A DNA stretch of 64,000 nucleotides from a virus: the IMG/VR virus record IMGVR_UViG_3300047335_000043. One strand, 5' to 3'. The notes beneath the pieces are model-generated. The model was given only the letters and a program-made list of their open reading frames with translations, was not told the DNA's origin and did not search any database. The translations under genes were made by a program, and so were the position numbers. Positions 1-8,347 of this stretch are shown piece after piece (the stretch's first letter is position 1; each line of letters opens with the position of its first letter).

Positions 1-2
1 CG

Positions 3-128
3 CAGCACCGACAACTCATGATCGCGATCATCTTCGCCGGATTGATCACACTCGGTAACTATTCTGAGGAGTCCGCGATGCGCGACGCCGAACGACTCGT
101 TGATCTAATCCAACCCCGTCATACTTGA
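3..128 (+). CDS. Hypothetical protein, 5' truncated by the window
   Basis: Open frame QHRQLMIAIIFAGLITLG...PRHT ending at TGA just before the AGGAG SD of the next gene. Confidence 0.5.
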   Translation, partial: QHRQLMIAIIFAGLITLGNYSEESAMRDAERLVDLIQPRHT

Positions 129-140
129 AGGAGAATTCTG

Positions 141-347
141 ATGCCCCTATTTGAAATCGCGATTGTTCAATCTCAAACGAAGAAAGAAGCCGAGGACGGC
201 GTTGGCGGCGAGAAGCTGCTGTTTGGACCTAAGTTCATCCTGGCGAAGGACGGCCAGACTGCCGCGCTCTCGGCGATGATGGGCGCGGATGCGCCGAAGG
301 ACATCGACATGAACCGCGCGCAGGTACTCGTTCGCCCTTTTGCGTGA
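141..347 (+). CDS. Hypothetical phage protein
   Basis: AGGAG SD, ATG start, stop overlaps the next GTG. Confidence 0.75.
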   Translation: MPLFEIAIVQSQTKKEAEDGVGGEKLLFGPKFILAKDGQTAALSAMMGADAPKDIDMNRAQVLVRPFA

Positions 348-586
348 CGCCTGCGAAGCAGCCCAAAGCGGTGACCGTGAAGGCGCCGCCGGCTCCGCAG
401 GTGATCGAGCAGGGGCAAGCGTGGATCAATGACCTCACGAAGCTGTATGGCAACCAAGCGGTAGCGGCGAGCTACGACGTCAGCGCCGCGCCGTTCTTCA
501 CGACGACTGCGACGGGCGTGAACTATCTCGCGCCGATCTCAGGATCGGCGACGTACTCGGCGTCGTCGCTAGCGACGGGGCGGTGA
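344..586 (+). CDS. Hypothetical protein
   Basis: GTGA coupling at both ends. Confidence 0.55.
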   Translation: MTPAKQPKAVTVKAPPAPQVIEQGQAWINDLTKLYGNQAVAASYDVSAAPFFTTTATGVNYLAPISGSATYSASSLATGR

Positions 587-834
587 CGAGGTTGAACGCG
601 ATGATCGATTCCCAGCCTAAGCGCAACCTGAGAATTGCCGAGGTGAGTCATCGTGTGGGATTAAGCAAGGCAACGATCTACCGAATGATCAGCCGGGGAT
701 CGTTTCCCCGGCCGCATCGGCCGACCAACGGTCACGCAGTTCGTTGGGCAGAGTCCGAGATTGACGACTTCATGACGGCGGTCTTGGAGGACCGGCCATG
801 GATCGCGACAACCTTGCCGCCGTCGCGGAGCTGA
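583..834 (+). CDS. alpA: AlpA-family excisionase / regulator
   Basis: LRIAEVSHRVGLSKATIYRMISRGSFPRP...VRWAESEIDDF AlpA signature, next to the integrase. Confidence 0.9.
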   Translation: MTRLNAMIDSQPKRNLRIAEVSHRVGLSKATIYRMISRGSFPRPHRPTNGHAVRWAESEIDDFMTAVLEDRPWIATTLPPSRS

Positions 835-2003
835 TCGAGGTAATCGCTGTACTGCTGCATCATCTCGCGCCGCGCGTCAAGCCGCTCAGCACGATTGTAG
901 ATTCCGCGAACCTTGTTCTGGTCGCCATGATGAAGCTGCAGCTCGATGTCGCGGTCGAGATGACCGAGATCATGTAGCAACGTGCTCGCCGTGCTGCGGA
1001 ACCCGTGCGGCACATGGACGTCGCTGGTATACCCGAGTCGATGTAGCGCCTTCCCGAGCGTGTTCTCGCTGATCGGTCGATCCTTGTAGCCGATCGTCGG
1101 AAACATCCACTCCTGCTTCCCGGTGCGCTGGTGAAGATCCTTGAGGATCGCCATTGCTTGCCGGCTGAGCGGAACGATGTGTTCAGTGCGCTTGTTGAGC
1201 TTGCCCTTCATGCGTTCCGCCGGGATGAGCCAGTGCTTGTTGTCCCAGTCGATCTCGCTCCACTTGCCGAATCGGAGTTCCTTTGATCGTAGGAAGACAT
1301 GAGGCAGTAGTCTGAGCGCTGCATGGGTCACGGGCTGCCCGCTGTAGTCCTCGATGTCGCGCATGAGCTGGCCCACCTCGGCTGGCTTCGTGATCGCGGC
1401 GTAATGCTCATCAGGGCGTGCCTTCAGCGCGAACTTCAGATCGGCGGCAGGGTTGTGCGTAACTCCAGGGACGCCTTCGGCGATCGCGAACATGAACACA
1501 CGACCCGCCAGCTCCTTCGACTTGTGCGCCGTTTCGAGGTGACCCGTTTTCTCGATTTGACGAAGCGCTCCGAGCAACTCGGGAGCGGTGATCTCGTTGA
1601 TTGGTCGGTCACCGATCACGGGGTTCAAATAGTCGCGCAGTTGCCATCGCGCCTTGCTGAGGGTTCGCGGCGCGAGGTCGGTTCTCGTTTCGAGATACGC
1701 CTCGGCGCAGGCAGCGAACGTGCTGATAGTTGCGCGCTTTGCTTCGCGACGAATTGCACCTGGGTCCTTGTTGTCGGCGATGAGTTTGCGCGCTTCATCG
1801 CAGCGCTTTCGCGCCATTGCGAGTGACACGTCGTCGTAGACGCCGAGCGCAAGATGTTTCTCGCGACCACCGAAGTGATACTTGAGACGCCACAGCTTTG
1901 TGCCACTCGGTTCTATCCGAAGATAGAGGCCCCTTCCGTCGAAGATCTTGTAGACCTTCTCGCCCGGTTTCGCGGCCTTGATTTTGATGTCAGTTAACTG
2001 CAT
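732..2003 (-). CDS. int: P4-type tyrosine integrase with arm-binding N-terminal domain
   Basis: DGRGLYLRIEPSGTKLWRLKY arm domain; catalytic-type motifs LRSKELR, HGFR and HGDQNKVRGIYN. Confidence 0.97.
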   Translation of the reverse strand: MQLTDIKIKAAKPGEKVYKIFDGRGLYLRIEPSGTKLWRLKYHFGGREKHLALGVYDDVSLAMARKRCDEARKLIADNKDPGAIRREAKRATISTFAACAEAYLETRTDLAPRTLSKARWQLRDYLNPVIGDRPINEITAPELLGALRQIEKTGHLETAHKSKELAGRVFMFAIAEGVPGVTHNPAADLKFALKARPDEHYAAITKPAEVGQLMRDIEDYSGQPVTHAALRLLPHVFLRSKELRFGKWSEIDWDNKHWLIPAERMKGKLNKRTEHIVPLSRQAMAILKDLHQRTGKQEWMFPTIGYKDRPISENTLGKALHRLGYTSDVHVPHGFRSTASTLLHDLGHLDRDIELQLHHGDQNKVRGIYNRAERLDARREMMQQYSDYLDQLRDGGKVVAIHGRSSKTAVMKSSISDSAQRTA

Positions 2004-2005
2004 TT

Positions 2006-2050
2006 GGATACCCCCAGACGTGTTTTCGACACCCCCAAGGATACCCCTGA
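2006..2050. repeat. Integrase arm-type binding sites, left cluster
   Basis: GGATACCCCCAG, GACACCCCCAAG and GGATACCCCTGA direct repeats immediately upstream of int. Confidence 0.7.
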
Positions 2051-2188
2051 GACCCCTGCGCTTGCAAGATCTTGCTTGATCCCGGCAGATTCCGCATGAG
2101 ACTCATAAAACACTGGAAAAATAGGGGTTTGCGCGTCGTTAGAGGCGACTTTTGTGAGCGCAAACAGGGGGTTGAAAGAGGGTGGGAT

Positions 2189-2209
2189 TGCCCCGGGCCG
2201 GAATCGAAC
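2189..2209 (-). other. attP core, matching a tRNA 3' end (probably tRNA-Leu)
   Basis: Minus strand GTTCGATTCCGGCCCGGGGCA = T-loop, T-stem 3' strand, acceptor 3' strand and A73; flanked by arm repeats; no full tRNA present. Confidence 0.85.
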
Positions 2210-2257
2210 AATTCTGAAAAGAGCTTGTTTTTAAGGCTTTTTCGACACGTGAAAAAT

Positions 2258-2384
2258 TGATACCCCCACGTCCACCCCCACGGGACACTCGCTTTGTGTT
2301 ATCAATGACTTACGCGCGAGATGCCTCCCCACGGAAAAAATCCTCGGTTTTGTAGGCAATCCGCCCGACTTCGATACCCCCAAG
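2258..2384. repeat. Integrase arm-type binding sites, right cluster
   Basis: TGATACCCCCAC (2258), TCCACCCCCAC (2271), CGATACCCCCAAG (2372). Confidence 0.65.
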
Positions 2385-2518
2385 CAGTTTCGCAGACGCC
2401 GCTTGGGGATATCGAAGTCGAGTTCGATGCCCCGCGTCGCAGCGCCCTCCGTGCGCCACCGAACTTGCGCATCCCGCGAATAAGAGTACTGTCGAACCTT
2501 CGCAAATTGTGGGTGTAA

Positions 2519-2734
2519 TTGATGCGCTCACTGACCGCACGGCAGCAACAAGTTCTGGAGGCGATCAGGCTCGTGATCCATCGCGACGGCACCGCTCCCA
2601 CCCGCGTTGAACTCGCCAAGATCTTTGGCTGGAAGTCGCCGAACTCGGCCGAGGATCACTTACGCATTCTTGCCCACAAGGGTCACATCAAACTCATTCG
2701 CGGCACGAGTCGCGGCATCCGCCTGACGCGATGA
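2519..2734 (+). CDS. LexA-like repressor, DNA-binding domain only
   Basis: LTARQQQVL...[31 protein letters not shown]...RGIRL winged helix; stops before any peptidase domain. Confidence 0.9.
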   Translation: MMRSLTARQQQVLEAIRLVIHRDGTAPTRVELAKIFGWKSPNSAEDHLRILAHKGHIKLIRGTSRGIRLTR

Positions 2735-3036
2735 GCGAGGTCGGCAAGTACGGCAAGAGCATCGGCGTGCCTCATCCGCGCGACGTGCGGCGCGCACCCG
2801 CGATGCCTGACCGTGCCACGCCAGCGATGTCGGTCAAGCACGTCGTGCCGAAGCCGTGGGGCTACTCGTATCGGTTCGCACACCCGTGGCGCATCGGCAA
2901 GTCGCGACCGATCCTCGCCTGGTTCAAGACCGAGGCCGCGCGCGACCAATCGATGCAGCAGCTCATCCGCAAGAACGAGACCGCCACCTCGCTGTACCGC
3001 GCGATGTACTCCGACATCAGGACGATCAACCCGTGA
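2731..3036 (+). CDS. Hypothetical protein
   Basis: ATGA coupling with the lexA-like gene. Confidence 0.65.
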   Translation: MSEVGKYGKSIGVPHPRDVRRAPAMPDRATPAMSVKHVVPKPWGYSYRFAHPWRIGKSRPILAWFKTEAARDQSMQQLIRKNETATSLYRAMYSDIRTINP

Positions 3037-3200
3037 CCTGCTTCTGGCGCCATCGCTGGGCACGCTGGATCGACCTTGGGGTTTATAAGATCATCGACGT
3101 GACGACCACGGCTAGCCGTGAGGCGCTGTTGCAGGAGCGCCGCTGCGAACGCTGTAACCGGTGTGAGCGTCGCTACGTCGATGGATGGTTGCATGTATAG
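3033..3200 (+). CDS. Small Cys-rich hypothetical protein
   Basis: GTGA-coupled start; RRCERCNRCERR. Confidence 0.6.
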   Translation: MTCFWRHRWARWIDLGVYKIIDVTTTASREALLQERRCERCNRCERRYVDGWLHV

Positions 3201-3423
3201 CTACCCGCACATGTGTAACTGCGATCACATCGAGATCGGCCACGCCGACACCGAGCACGAGCTGTGCCCGCTGTGTCGCATGATCAATCAACGCGACGAG
3301 CTGATGCATATGAATCGCAGCTTGCGGATCGCGGTGACATCTGCAGCCGGCGTCATCGAGGCGATGGAGGATGAGCGCCGCGATCTGCTGATTCGTATTG
3401 AAGGCTATCGAAACGCAAACTAA
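3193..3423 (+). CDS. Hypothetical protein with Cys/His motif and coiled coil
   Basis: ATG 3193 overlaps the upstream gene; CNC...CPLC. Confidence 0.6.
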   Translation: MYSYPHMCNCDHIEIGHADTEHELCPLCRMINQRDELMHMNRSLRIAVTSAAGVIEAMEDERRDLLIRIEGYRNAN

Positions 3424-3434
3424 GGGGAACGATC

Positions 3435-3851
3435 ATGTCACTTCGAGATGAATGGCAATTTGAATACACCGCAGGCTCGCTCGCCATGGCCGCCGCCGCG
3501 CAACGCGACTTTCGTATCGGTCGCATCGAAGTATGGGAGGGCAAGAAGAAGGAAGTGATGGAGCGGATCAAAGACTCAGGGCTTACCGTCCACGAGAGCA
3601 TCGCCTCGGGCATGAGCGGTAGCAACAACGTTAACGCCCTGAAGTACCAAACGACCACGAGCAGCGACTACGGGCCGCAGGTGCTCATCGATCCCATGAT
3701 GCAGAAGGACTTGAACGAATGCTCGTCGAAGATCCGCACTCACACCGAGCTGCGCAATCAATACGCCGCCTGGGAACAGGTGCTCTCTGCGAACAAGGAG
3801 TCGCGCGTGAAGCTCGACCACGACGACTGGATGTTCTTCTTCGGGAAATGA
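3435..3851 (+). CDS. Hypothetical phage protein
   Basis: SD-like AAGGGG then ATG; 138 aa. Confidence 0.75.
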   Translation: MSLRDEWQFEYTAGSLAMAAAAQRDFRIGRIEVWEGKKKEVMERIKDSGLTVHESIASGMSGSNNVNALKYQTTTSSDYGPQVLIDPMMQKDLNECSSKIRTHTELRNQYAAWEQVLSANKESRVKLDHDDWMFFFGK

Positions 3852-4156
3852 GTGTGACAGTTCGCGAGATCCCAATCCCGGCCGACGTGGCCGAGATGCT
3901 CGACATTCGCCACCGCGACGGCTGGACCAATCCGTTTACACGTCGGCAAGCCCCGCAGGCGCTCTACAAGAACGGCAGTCGCGTGCGCAAGGTGCGCCAG
4001 GACGAAGGCGGCGATGTCACGCCGCTGGGCGTTGAGGGCGAAGTGTTGGGTTCGATCTGGTTTCCCGGCGGCGGTGCCGGCTACTTCGTCGAGTGGGACA
4101 ACAAGCCGCGCGTCGCGATGTTCACGGCCGAATGGAAGATTGAGGCCACGCCGTGA
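3848..4156 (+). CDS. Hypothetical protein, possible SH3-like fold
   Basis: ATGA coupling; GSRVRKV...GEVLG...YFVEWD. Confidence 0.65.
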   Translation: MSVTVREIPIPADVAEMLDIRHRDGWTNPFTRRQAPQALYKNGSRVRKVRQDEGGDVTPLGVEGEVLGSIWFPGGGAGYFVEWDNKPRVAMFTAEWKIEATP

Positions 4157-4434
4157 CAACCCGAGCCGAATCGCTCGCGCGCCTAATCCACATCGCGATG
4201 AAGGACATCGTGACTGACGTGGACGGGTATCGCGTCTGGTGGCCGACCAGCAACCAGGGCGGCTTCCCAGCGTGGGCGTTGCGCGCCATCGCCGACGAGC
4301 TGGATCGATTGAACAGGCCGATGGACGATGAGATCGCCGCGTTCTTCGCGAGCCAGGATGCTGCTACTAATTCTGTTTCAGTTAGTAGTGAATTAGTAGT
4401 TGACCCAGATGGGAACCGGGGAGGAGAGCCATGA
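4153..4434 (+). CDS. Hypothetical protein
   Basis: GTGA/ATGA coupling. Confidence 0.65.
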   Translation: MTTRAESLARLIHIAMKDIVTDVDGYRVWWPTSNQGGFPAWALRAIADELDRLNRPMDDEIAAFFASQDAATNSVSVSSELVVDPDGNRGGEP

Positions 4435-4637
4435 TTTGCGTGACGTGCCGCCATTGGGACAAAGCCGCTTACCCGAAGAATCCGAAGTTCGGGCAATGTA
4501 CCGTGCCGCTTCCGGCGATGCCGATATGGGCGGTGCGGCAGATTTCCACGAGCTACCGAGCCATCGACATGGCTACCAAAGATTGCGAAGCGCATGAGCC
4601 AACGCAGAACCGGGGAGCGGAGCATGAGCATAAATGA
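4431..4637 (+). CDS. Small Cys-rich hypothetical protein
   Basis: CVTCRHW...GQC...C; coupled. Confidence 0.65.
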   Translation: MICVTCRHWDKAAYPKNPKFGQCTVPLPAMPIWAVRQISTSYRAIDMATKDCEAHEPTQNRGAEHEHK

Positions 4638-4798
4638 CCTACTGTGATCGCGGACGCTTCGTCGGCAAGGTGTTCGGCGTTCCCGACATCGACGGCGCCG
4701 ACAGCTTCCCGCGCTACTACATGGACATCGATCGCGCGAAGCTCGAAATGGCCGAATGCCTCGACTGGCGACTCTTCGGCTCACAGAAATTTCGGTGA
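4634..4798 (+). CDS. Small hypothetical protein (54 aa, not in the ORF track)
   Basis: ATGA-coupled; MTYCDRGRFVGKVFGVPDIDG...QKFR. Confidence 0.55.
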   Translation: MTYCDRGRFVGKVFGVPDIDGADSFPRYYMDIDRAKLEMAECLDWRLFGSQKFR

Positions 4799-4802
4799 CC
4801 CA

Positions 4803-4997
4803 ATGACTGAATACGAATGCTGCTTCTGCCACGACGGCATGCTGCCTGCGGAGACGACCGCGCTGATCGTCGTGCTACATTGGGCGTTTGAGGCCAAGCA
4901 GAAGGAACAACAGTACTTCTGTCACCGCGCGTGCTTTGAGCGAATCACGAGCGAGACCATTGACGTTGACCATGGCGACGAGGAGGAATTACCGTGA
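4803..4997 (+). CDS. Small Zn-finger-like protein
   Basis: CCFC...CHRAC; start reassigned to ATG 4803. Confidence 0.6.
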   Translation: MTEYECCFCHDGMLPAETTALIVVLHWAFEAKQKEQQYFCHRACFERITSETIDVDHGDEEELP

Positions 4998-5221
4998 CCA
5001 CCGATGATGAGTTCTCGACCACGGCGACGGCGCTCTCAGCCCGTATTTCGGAAGTTATAGACGGTCAGGACCTTAGCGTCGTGGTGGCCTCTCTCGGGTC
5101 GCTGTTCGGCATGGCGTTGGCGGAATTCGGTCCCCAGTTCATTGATAGCATCCTGGACGAGCATCTAGCCATGATTCGACGACTGGTCGCTGCAACCGTC
5201 GCTGAGAAGGCGACGCATTGA
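4994..5221 (+). CDS. Hypothetical protein
   Basis: GTGA coupling with GAGG SD. Confidence 0.6.
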   Translation: MTTDDEFSTTATALSARISEVIDGQDLSVVVASLGSLFGMALAEFGPQFIDSILDEHLAMIRRLVAATVAEKATH

Positions 5222-5267
5222 TGTCCCCTACTCCGGGCACTCCCGCCCGCAGCCAGTGGAGACGACG

Positions 5268-5528
5268 ATGCGACGATTTCAAATGGACCGCCCTATCATG
5301 GTCAAGCGGTGGCGACAGGAATGGTTGAATCACGGTGGGGACTTCGGTGCCTGCCATTGCGGGTTGGGTATGGGCACGATGAGAAAGCACCGACCGAACG
5401 AGGGGCATCCTGCGAGCAGTTGCGGGCTTTGCGCAAGGGAGCAGTACTGGGCGCGACAGGTCCGTCGGCAGCTCCGCTACGGCGCCAAGGCGGCTATCGC
5501 CGAGGGTTTGACAGATGAGCCGCAGTAG
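5268..5528 (+). CDS. Hypothetical protein with Cys motifs
   Basis: GGAG SD before ATG 5268; CHC...CGLC. Confidence 0.6.
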   Translation: MRRFQMDRPIMVKRWRQEWLNHGGDFGACHCGLGMGTMRKHRPNEGHPASSCGLCAREQYWARQVRRQLRYGAKAAIAEGLTDEPQ

Positions 5529-5742
5529 ACGCCGAACGCCGGTCATGCCGCTCACCACCGCCAAGAGCGACAAGCCGTACAAGGTGGACGAGCACCGCTC
5601 GTTCCGACGCACCTGCCGCACGCTGATCGCGAGCCAGCGCTACGACGAGCTGCCGCACCCGATCCACTACGGCGACCCGTGGCTTGCGCCGAAGGACGGC
5701 AAGCAGTGGATCGATCCCCACTCCAAGTGGATGCGCAAATGA
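5515..5742 (+). CDS. Small basic hypothetical protein
   Basis: MSRSRRRTP...DPWLAPKDGKQWID...KWMRK. Confidence 0.7.
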   Translation: MSRSRRRTPVMPLTTAKSDKPYKVDEHRSFRRTCRTLIASQRYDELPHPIHYGDPWLAPKDGKQWIDPHSKWMRK

Positions 5743-5754
5743 GAGTGCTCAGGT

Positions 5755-5829
5755 GTGGCCGTAGCTCAATTGGTAGAGCGTTGGGATGTGGCCCCGAAGG
5801 TTGCGGGTTCGAGCCTCGCCGGTCACCCC
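5755..5829 (+). tRNA. tRNA-His: tRNA-His(GUG), atypical
   Basis: Full cloverleaf: acceptor GTGGCCG/CGGTCAC, D-arm GCTC/GAGC, anticodon stem TTGGG/CCCGA with loop ATGTGGC, T-arm GCGGG-TTCGAGC-CTCGC, C73. Confidence 0.92.
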
Positions 5830-5857
5830 TGAGCGCTTTCGACACAGAGGCAGCCAA

Positions 5858-6217
5858 ATGAGCGACTACGAAGCTATCTACGGAGCCGATAACGCGCTGT
5901 TCGAGGATAAGCCGCACGGTTGGATTCAATGGAAGGGTACCAAAGTCTGCATTGATCTGCATTGCGTTTGCGGCGCGCACGGGCACGTAGACGCGAAGTT
6001 CTTTTATCACTACGAATGCGCGGCCTGCCATCGTAAATACGCGCTTGGCCTGAATGTGCCGCTCATAGAGCTAACGCCAGAACAGGCCGCAGGTATTGCC
6101 GAAAACGGTTGCGCCTTTATAACCGATACGTCCGTGCTGGATGACGAAGATTCACAGTCCGATGGACGTGCTGACTATATCGTGTCGCGCGTGAATCGCT
6201 GGCCGAGGTCGGTATGA
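5858..6217 (+). CDS. Hypothetical protein with Zn ribbon
   Basis: GAGG SD; WIQWKGTKVCIDLHCVCG...CAAC. Confidence 0.7.
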   Translation: MSDYEAIYGADNALFEDKPHGWIQWKGTKVCIDLHCVCGAHGHVDAKFFYHYECAACHRKYALGLNVPLIELTPEQAAGIAENGCAFITDTSVLDDEDSQSDGRADYIVSRVNRWPRSV

Positions 6218-6432
6218 AGGTCAAGCGCTTCGCCAGGGTGTCACGACCGCATGGGCCCGTCGTGCATCGCTATTACGGCAATCGGTTCGTCGAGGGCGAT
6301 CTGACGGCGTGCGGGATTCCGATGCGGGCGGGCTGGGCGTTTTGGATCGGCAACCAGGGGCACCCAAAGTGGGGCGACCTATTGGGGCGACCGTGCAAAA
6401 GATGCGAATTGAGCAAAGGAGACGGCAAATGA
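6214..6432 (+). CDS. Small Cys-containing hypothetical protein
   Basis: ATGA coupling; TACG...CKRC. Confidence 0.6.
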   Translation: MKVKRFARVSRPHGPVVHRYYGNRFVEGDLTACGIPMRAGWAFWIGNQGHPKWGDLLGRPCKRCELSKGDGK

Positions 6433-6863
6433 GCGACGTTCGCTACACGCCTGACGAGCTGCGGGCGCAACTAGTGTTGATGCATCCAGGCGCGTACGAA
6501 CGCGGCATCAACGATCCAGGTTGGCAACTGCAGGTAGGTAAGGGCGCCGGCATGCTCAGTGTCGCAGCTGATCAGATAGAGCGGCTGGAAGCGGCGCTAC
6601 GGTACTGGATGCCAGACTATGTTGACGAAGCGTCATTCGGCGCAGAGCAATGCGCCCACTGGAAAGCGGATCGTGAACTGCTGTCGCCAACTACTAATTC
6701 TGGGCTGACGCCAGCTCGATGCACCGGGTGCGGCAAGCGCTGGTGGATTGAGCCGCCGCCGGTCGCGCCTGGGCATTGCATGTGCTGTCAGGGAGCGCTT
6801 CGGTTTCTGGTCGCGTCTGTGTCAAATGAGTCTTCTACGAACCGGAAAGGTGAGCCTACGTGA
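6429..6863 (+). CDS. Hypothetical protein with C-terminal Zn ribbon
   Basis: ATGA coupling; CTGCG...CMCC. Confidence 0.6.
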   Translation: MSDVRYTPDELRAQLVLMHPGAYERGINDPGWQLQVGKGAGMLSVAADQIERLEAALRYWMPDYVDEASFGAEQCAHWKADRELLSPTTNSGLTPARCTGCGKRWWIEPPPVAPGHCMCCQGALRFLVASVSNESSTNRKGEPT

Positions 6864-7033
6864 GCATCCTGTGTACCAAAGCGAACCCCTGGAAGCCCGA
6901 GATGGGCACGCCGGTCGAGCATGAGGGCTGTTACGAGATCGGCGAACAAGAGGACGGCTGGCCCGGCGGCGACATCATCCGTAGGCGCTGCCCGAATTGC
7001 GGTACTGAATGGACCGAGGAACTGCCGCAATGA
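6860..7033 (+). CDS. Small Zn-ribbon protein (57 aa, not in the ORF track)
   Basis: GTGA coupling; MSILCTKANPW...RCPNCGTEW. Confidence 0.6.
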   Translation: MSILCTKANPWKPEMGTPVEHEGCYEIGEQEDGWPGGDIIRRRCPNCGTEWTEELPQ

Positions 7034-7254
7034 AGCGGGAAAGCGACAACATTCCTTGTCCACGGCATTCGCTAGGCCATTGCTGGCACTCCAATGGGGC
7101 GGTCGGGTTTACCGGCAAATACGAGTCTCGAACCCCGGTGCGATGCTGCCACTGCGGCGGCACTGCGATCCAAGTCGATGTGTCAAAACCGTCTCGGATC
7201 GAATGCTATGCGTTGACCGCCGCCCCAACCGCCGACATAGAGGCGAAGCAATGA
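7030..7254 (+). CDS. Small Cys/His-rich protein
   Basis: ATGA coupling; HCWH...RCCHCG. Confidence 0.6.
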   Translation: MKRESDNIPCPRHSLGHCWHSNGAVGFTGKYESRTPVRCCHCGGTAIQVDVSKPSRIECYALTAAPTADIEAKQ

Positions 7255-7442
7255 TGGTGATTGATGGCATAAGGTGTCGTGCGCCCATGAACTCTGACGG
7301 CTCTTTTACTCACATCCGAATTGACTGGCCTGAGGGTCATGAGATTTTGATTACAAGAGAACATGCAGCCGTTTTGAGAGATTGGCTCATTAAGACGCTG
7401 GGGCAATCCTTGCCTGTCGATGGAGGATCAGAGCATGGATAA
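7251..7442 (+). CDS. Hypothetical protein
   Basis: ATGA coupling; lower GC than neighbours. Confidence 0.55.
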   Translation: MMVIDGIRCRAPMNSDGSFTHIRIDWPEGHEILITREHAAVLRDWLIKTLGQSLPVDGGSEHG

Positions 7443-7641
7443 GCCAACAGAGGAAGAGTTCGTCAACAGATACGTGGGCTATGTGCATCGTAAAGTGGCG
7501 CGTGATCTGTATCGCGCGACGTACCCCGCAGGGATGCACACGAACGGCCCCTGCTATGTGCGGGTCGAGGCGTCTCACCTGATGCACTTGTTGAACGGTG
7601 CGCCGACTTACTCAACTCCCAGCGGAGAAACAAAGCCGTGA
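7435..7641 (+). CDS. Hypothetical protein
   Basis: GGAGG upstream; overlaps the previous stop. Confidence 0.6.
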   Translation: MDKPTEEEFVNRYVGYVHRKVARDLYRATYPAGMHTNGPCYVRVEASHLMHLLNGAPTYSTPSGETKP

Positions 7642-7853
7642 CGTTAATCGAACGATTAGAAAAAGCGGCCAGCGTCCATTACGAAGCCGACAATGCTTTG
7701 CGTATGGCCGCCGCCCGCATCCGCGAGCTTGAGGCGGCGATAGTAAAGTTCTGGGACTACGCCAAATTGGTGCTACCAATGCCGGTGCATCCTGCGGTCG
7801 GTGCGATCATGCGGATCGGGCGAGATCTTGAGTCACAATCTGACAGACAATGA
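7638..7853 (+). CDS. Hypothetical protein
   Basis: GTGA coupling with GGAG SD. Confidence 0.6.
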   Translation: MTLIERLEKAASVHYEADNALRMAAARIRELEAAIVKFWDYAKLVLPMPVHPAVGAIMRIGRDLESQSDRQ

Positions 7854-7864
7854 GACGACAAGAC

Positions 7865-8157
7865 ATGACTCCTGATTGGACCCCAGAGTTTCGCGCGCGG
7901 TCGAGTCGCGACCCGAGGGCATCAAGAAGCTCTGCTACGAATTCCCTATCGGCATGACCATTGACCTCGAAGGAACGGTGCATCACTTGCTCGGCTACAA
8001 CGAGGGTGAGATGCTGATCTTGTCTCCGATCGACCCGTATCTCGACTACGACGGCGCGAACGAATCCAAGGTGTATCTCTGCGCGCAGCACATTCGTGAC
8101 GCCATGGCCTCGCAACCTGATAGACAAGGAGACGACGATGCCAGCCGGCCCCGGTAA
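7865..8157 (+). pseudogene. Hypothetical gene apparently split by a 1-nt frameshift near 7897
   Basis: ATG frame MTPDWTPEFRAR joins the frame VESRPEGIKKLCYEFPIG if one base is restored. Confidence 0.5.
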
Positions 8158-8347
8158 GTACGACGACGAATGCACGCTGGTGCGCGAACGGCTGAAAGCT
8201 CGCGGCGTGGTGCTCCTGGTCGCGGGCGGCAAGCATGGCGACGGGTTCAGCGCTCAGGTCGTCGGCCAGGATCTGCTGAGTTTGCCCTCCGTACTGCGTA
8301 CGATGGCTGACGCGATTGAGCGCGATGTCGCGAGGATGGGGCATTGA
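8138..8347 (+). CDS. Hypothetical protein
   Basis: AAGGAG SD; MPAGPGKYDDECT... Confidence 0.75.
   Translation: MPAGPGKYDDECTLVRERLKARGVVLLVAGGKHGDGFSAQVVGQDLLSLPSVLRTMADAIERDVARMGH

Noticed and set aside
2150-2230. Complete tRNA gene near int
   Set aside because: Only the last 21 nt are present, with no D-arm or anticodon arm; interpreted as the attP core
2400-2518. Canonical SOS box for the LexA-like gene
   Set aside because: No CTGT-N8-ACAG found by eye here or in the other intergenic regions examined
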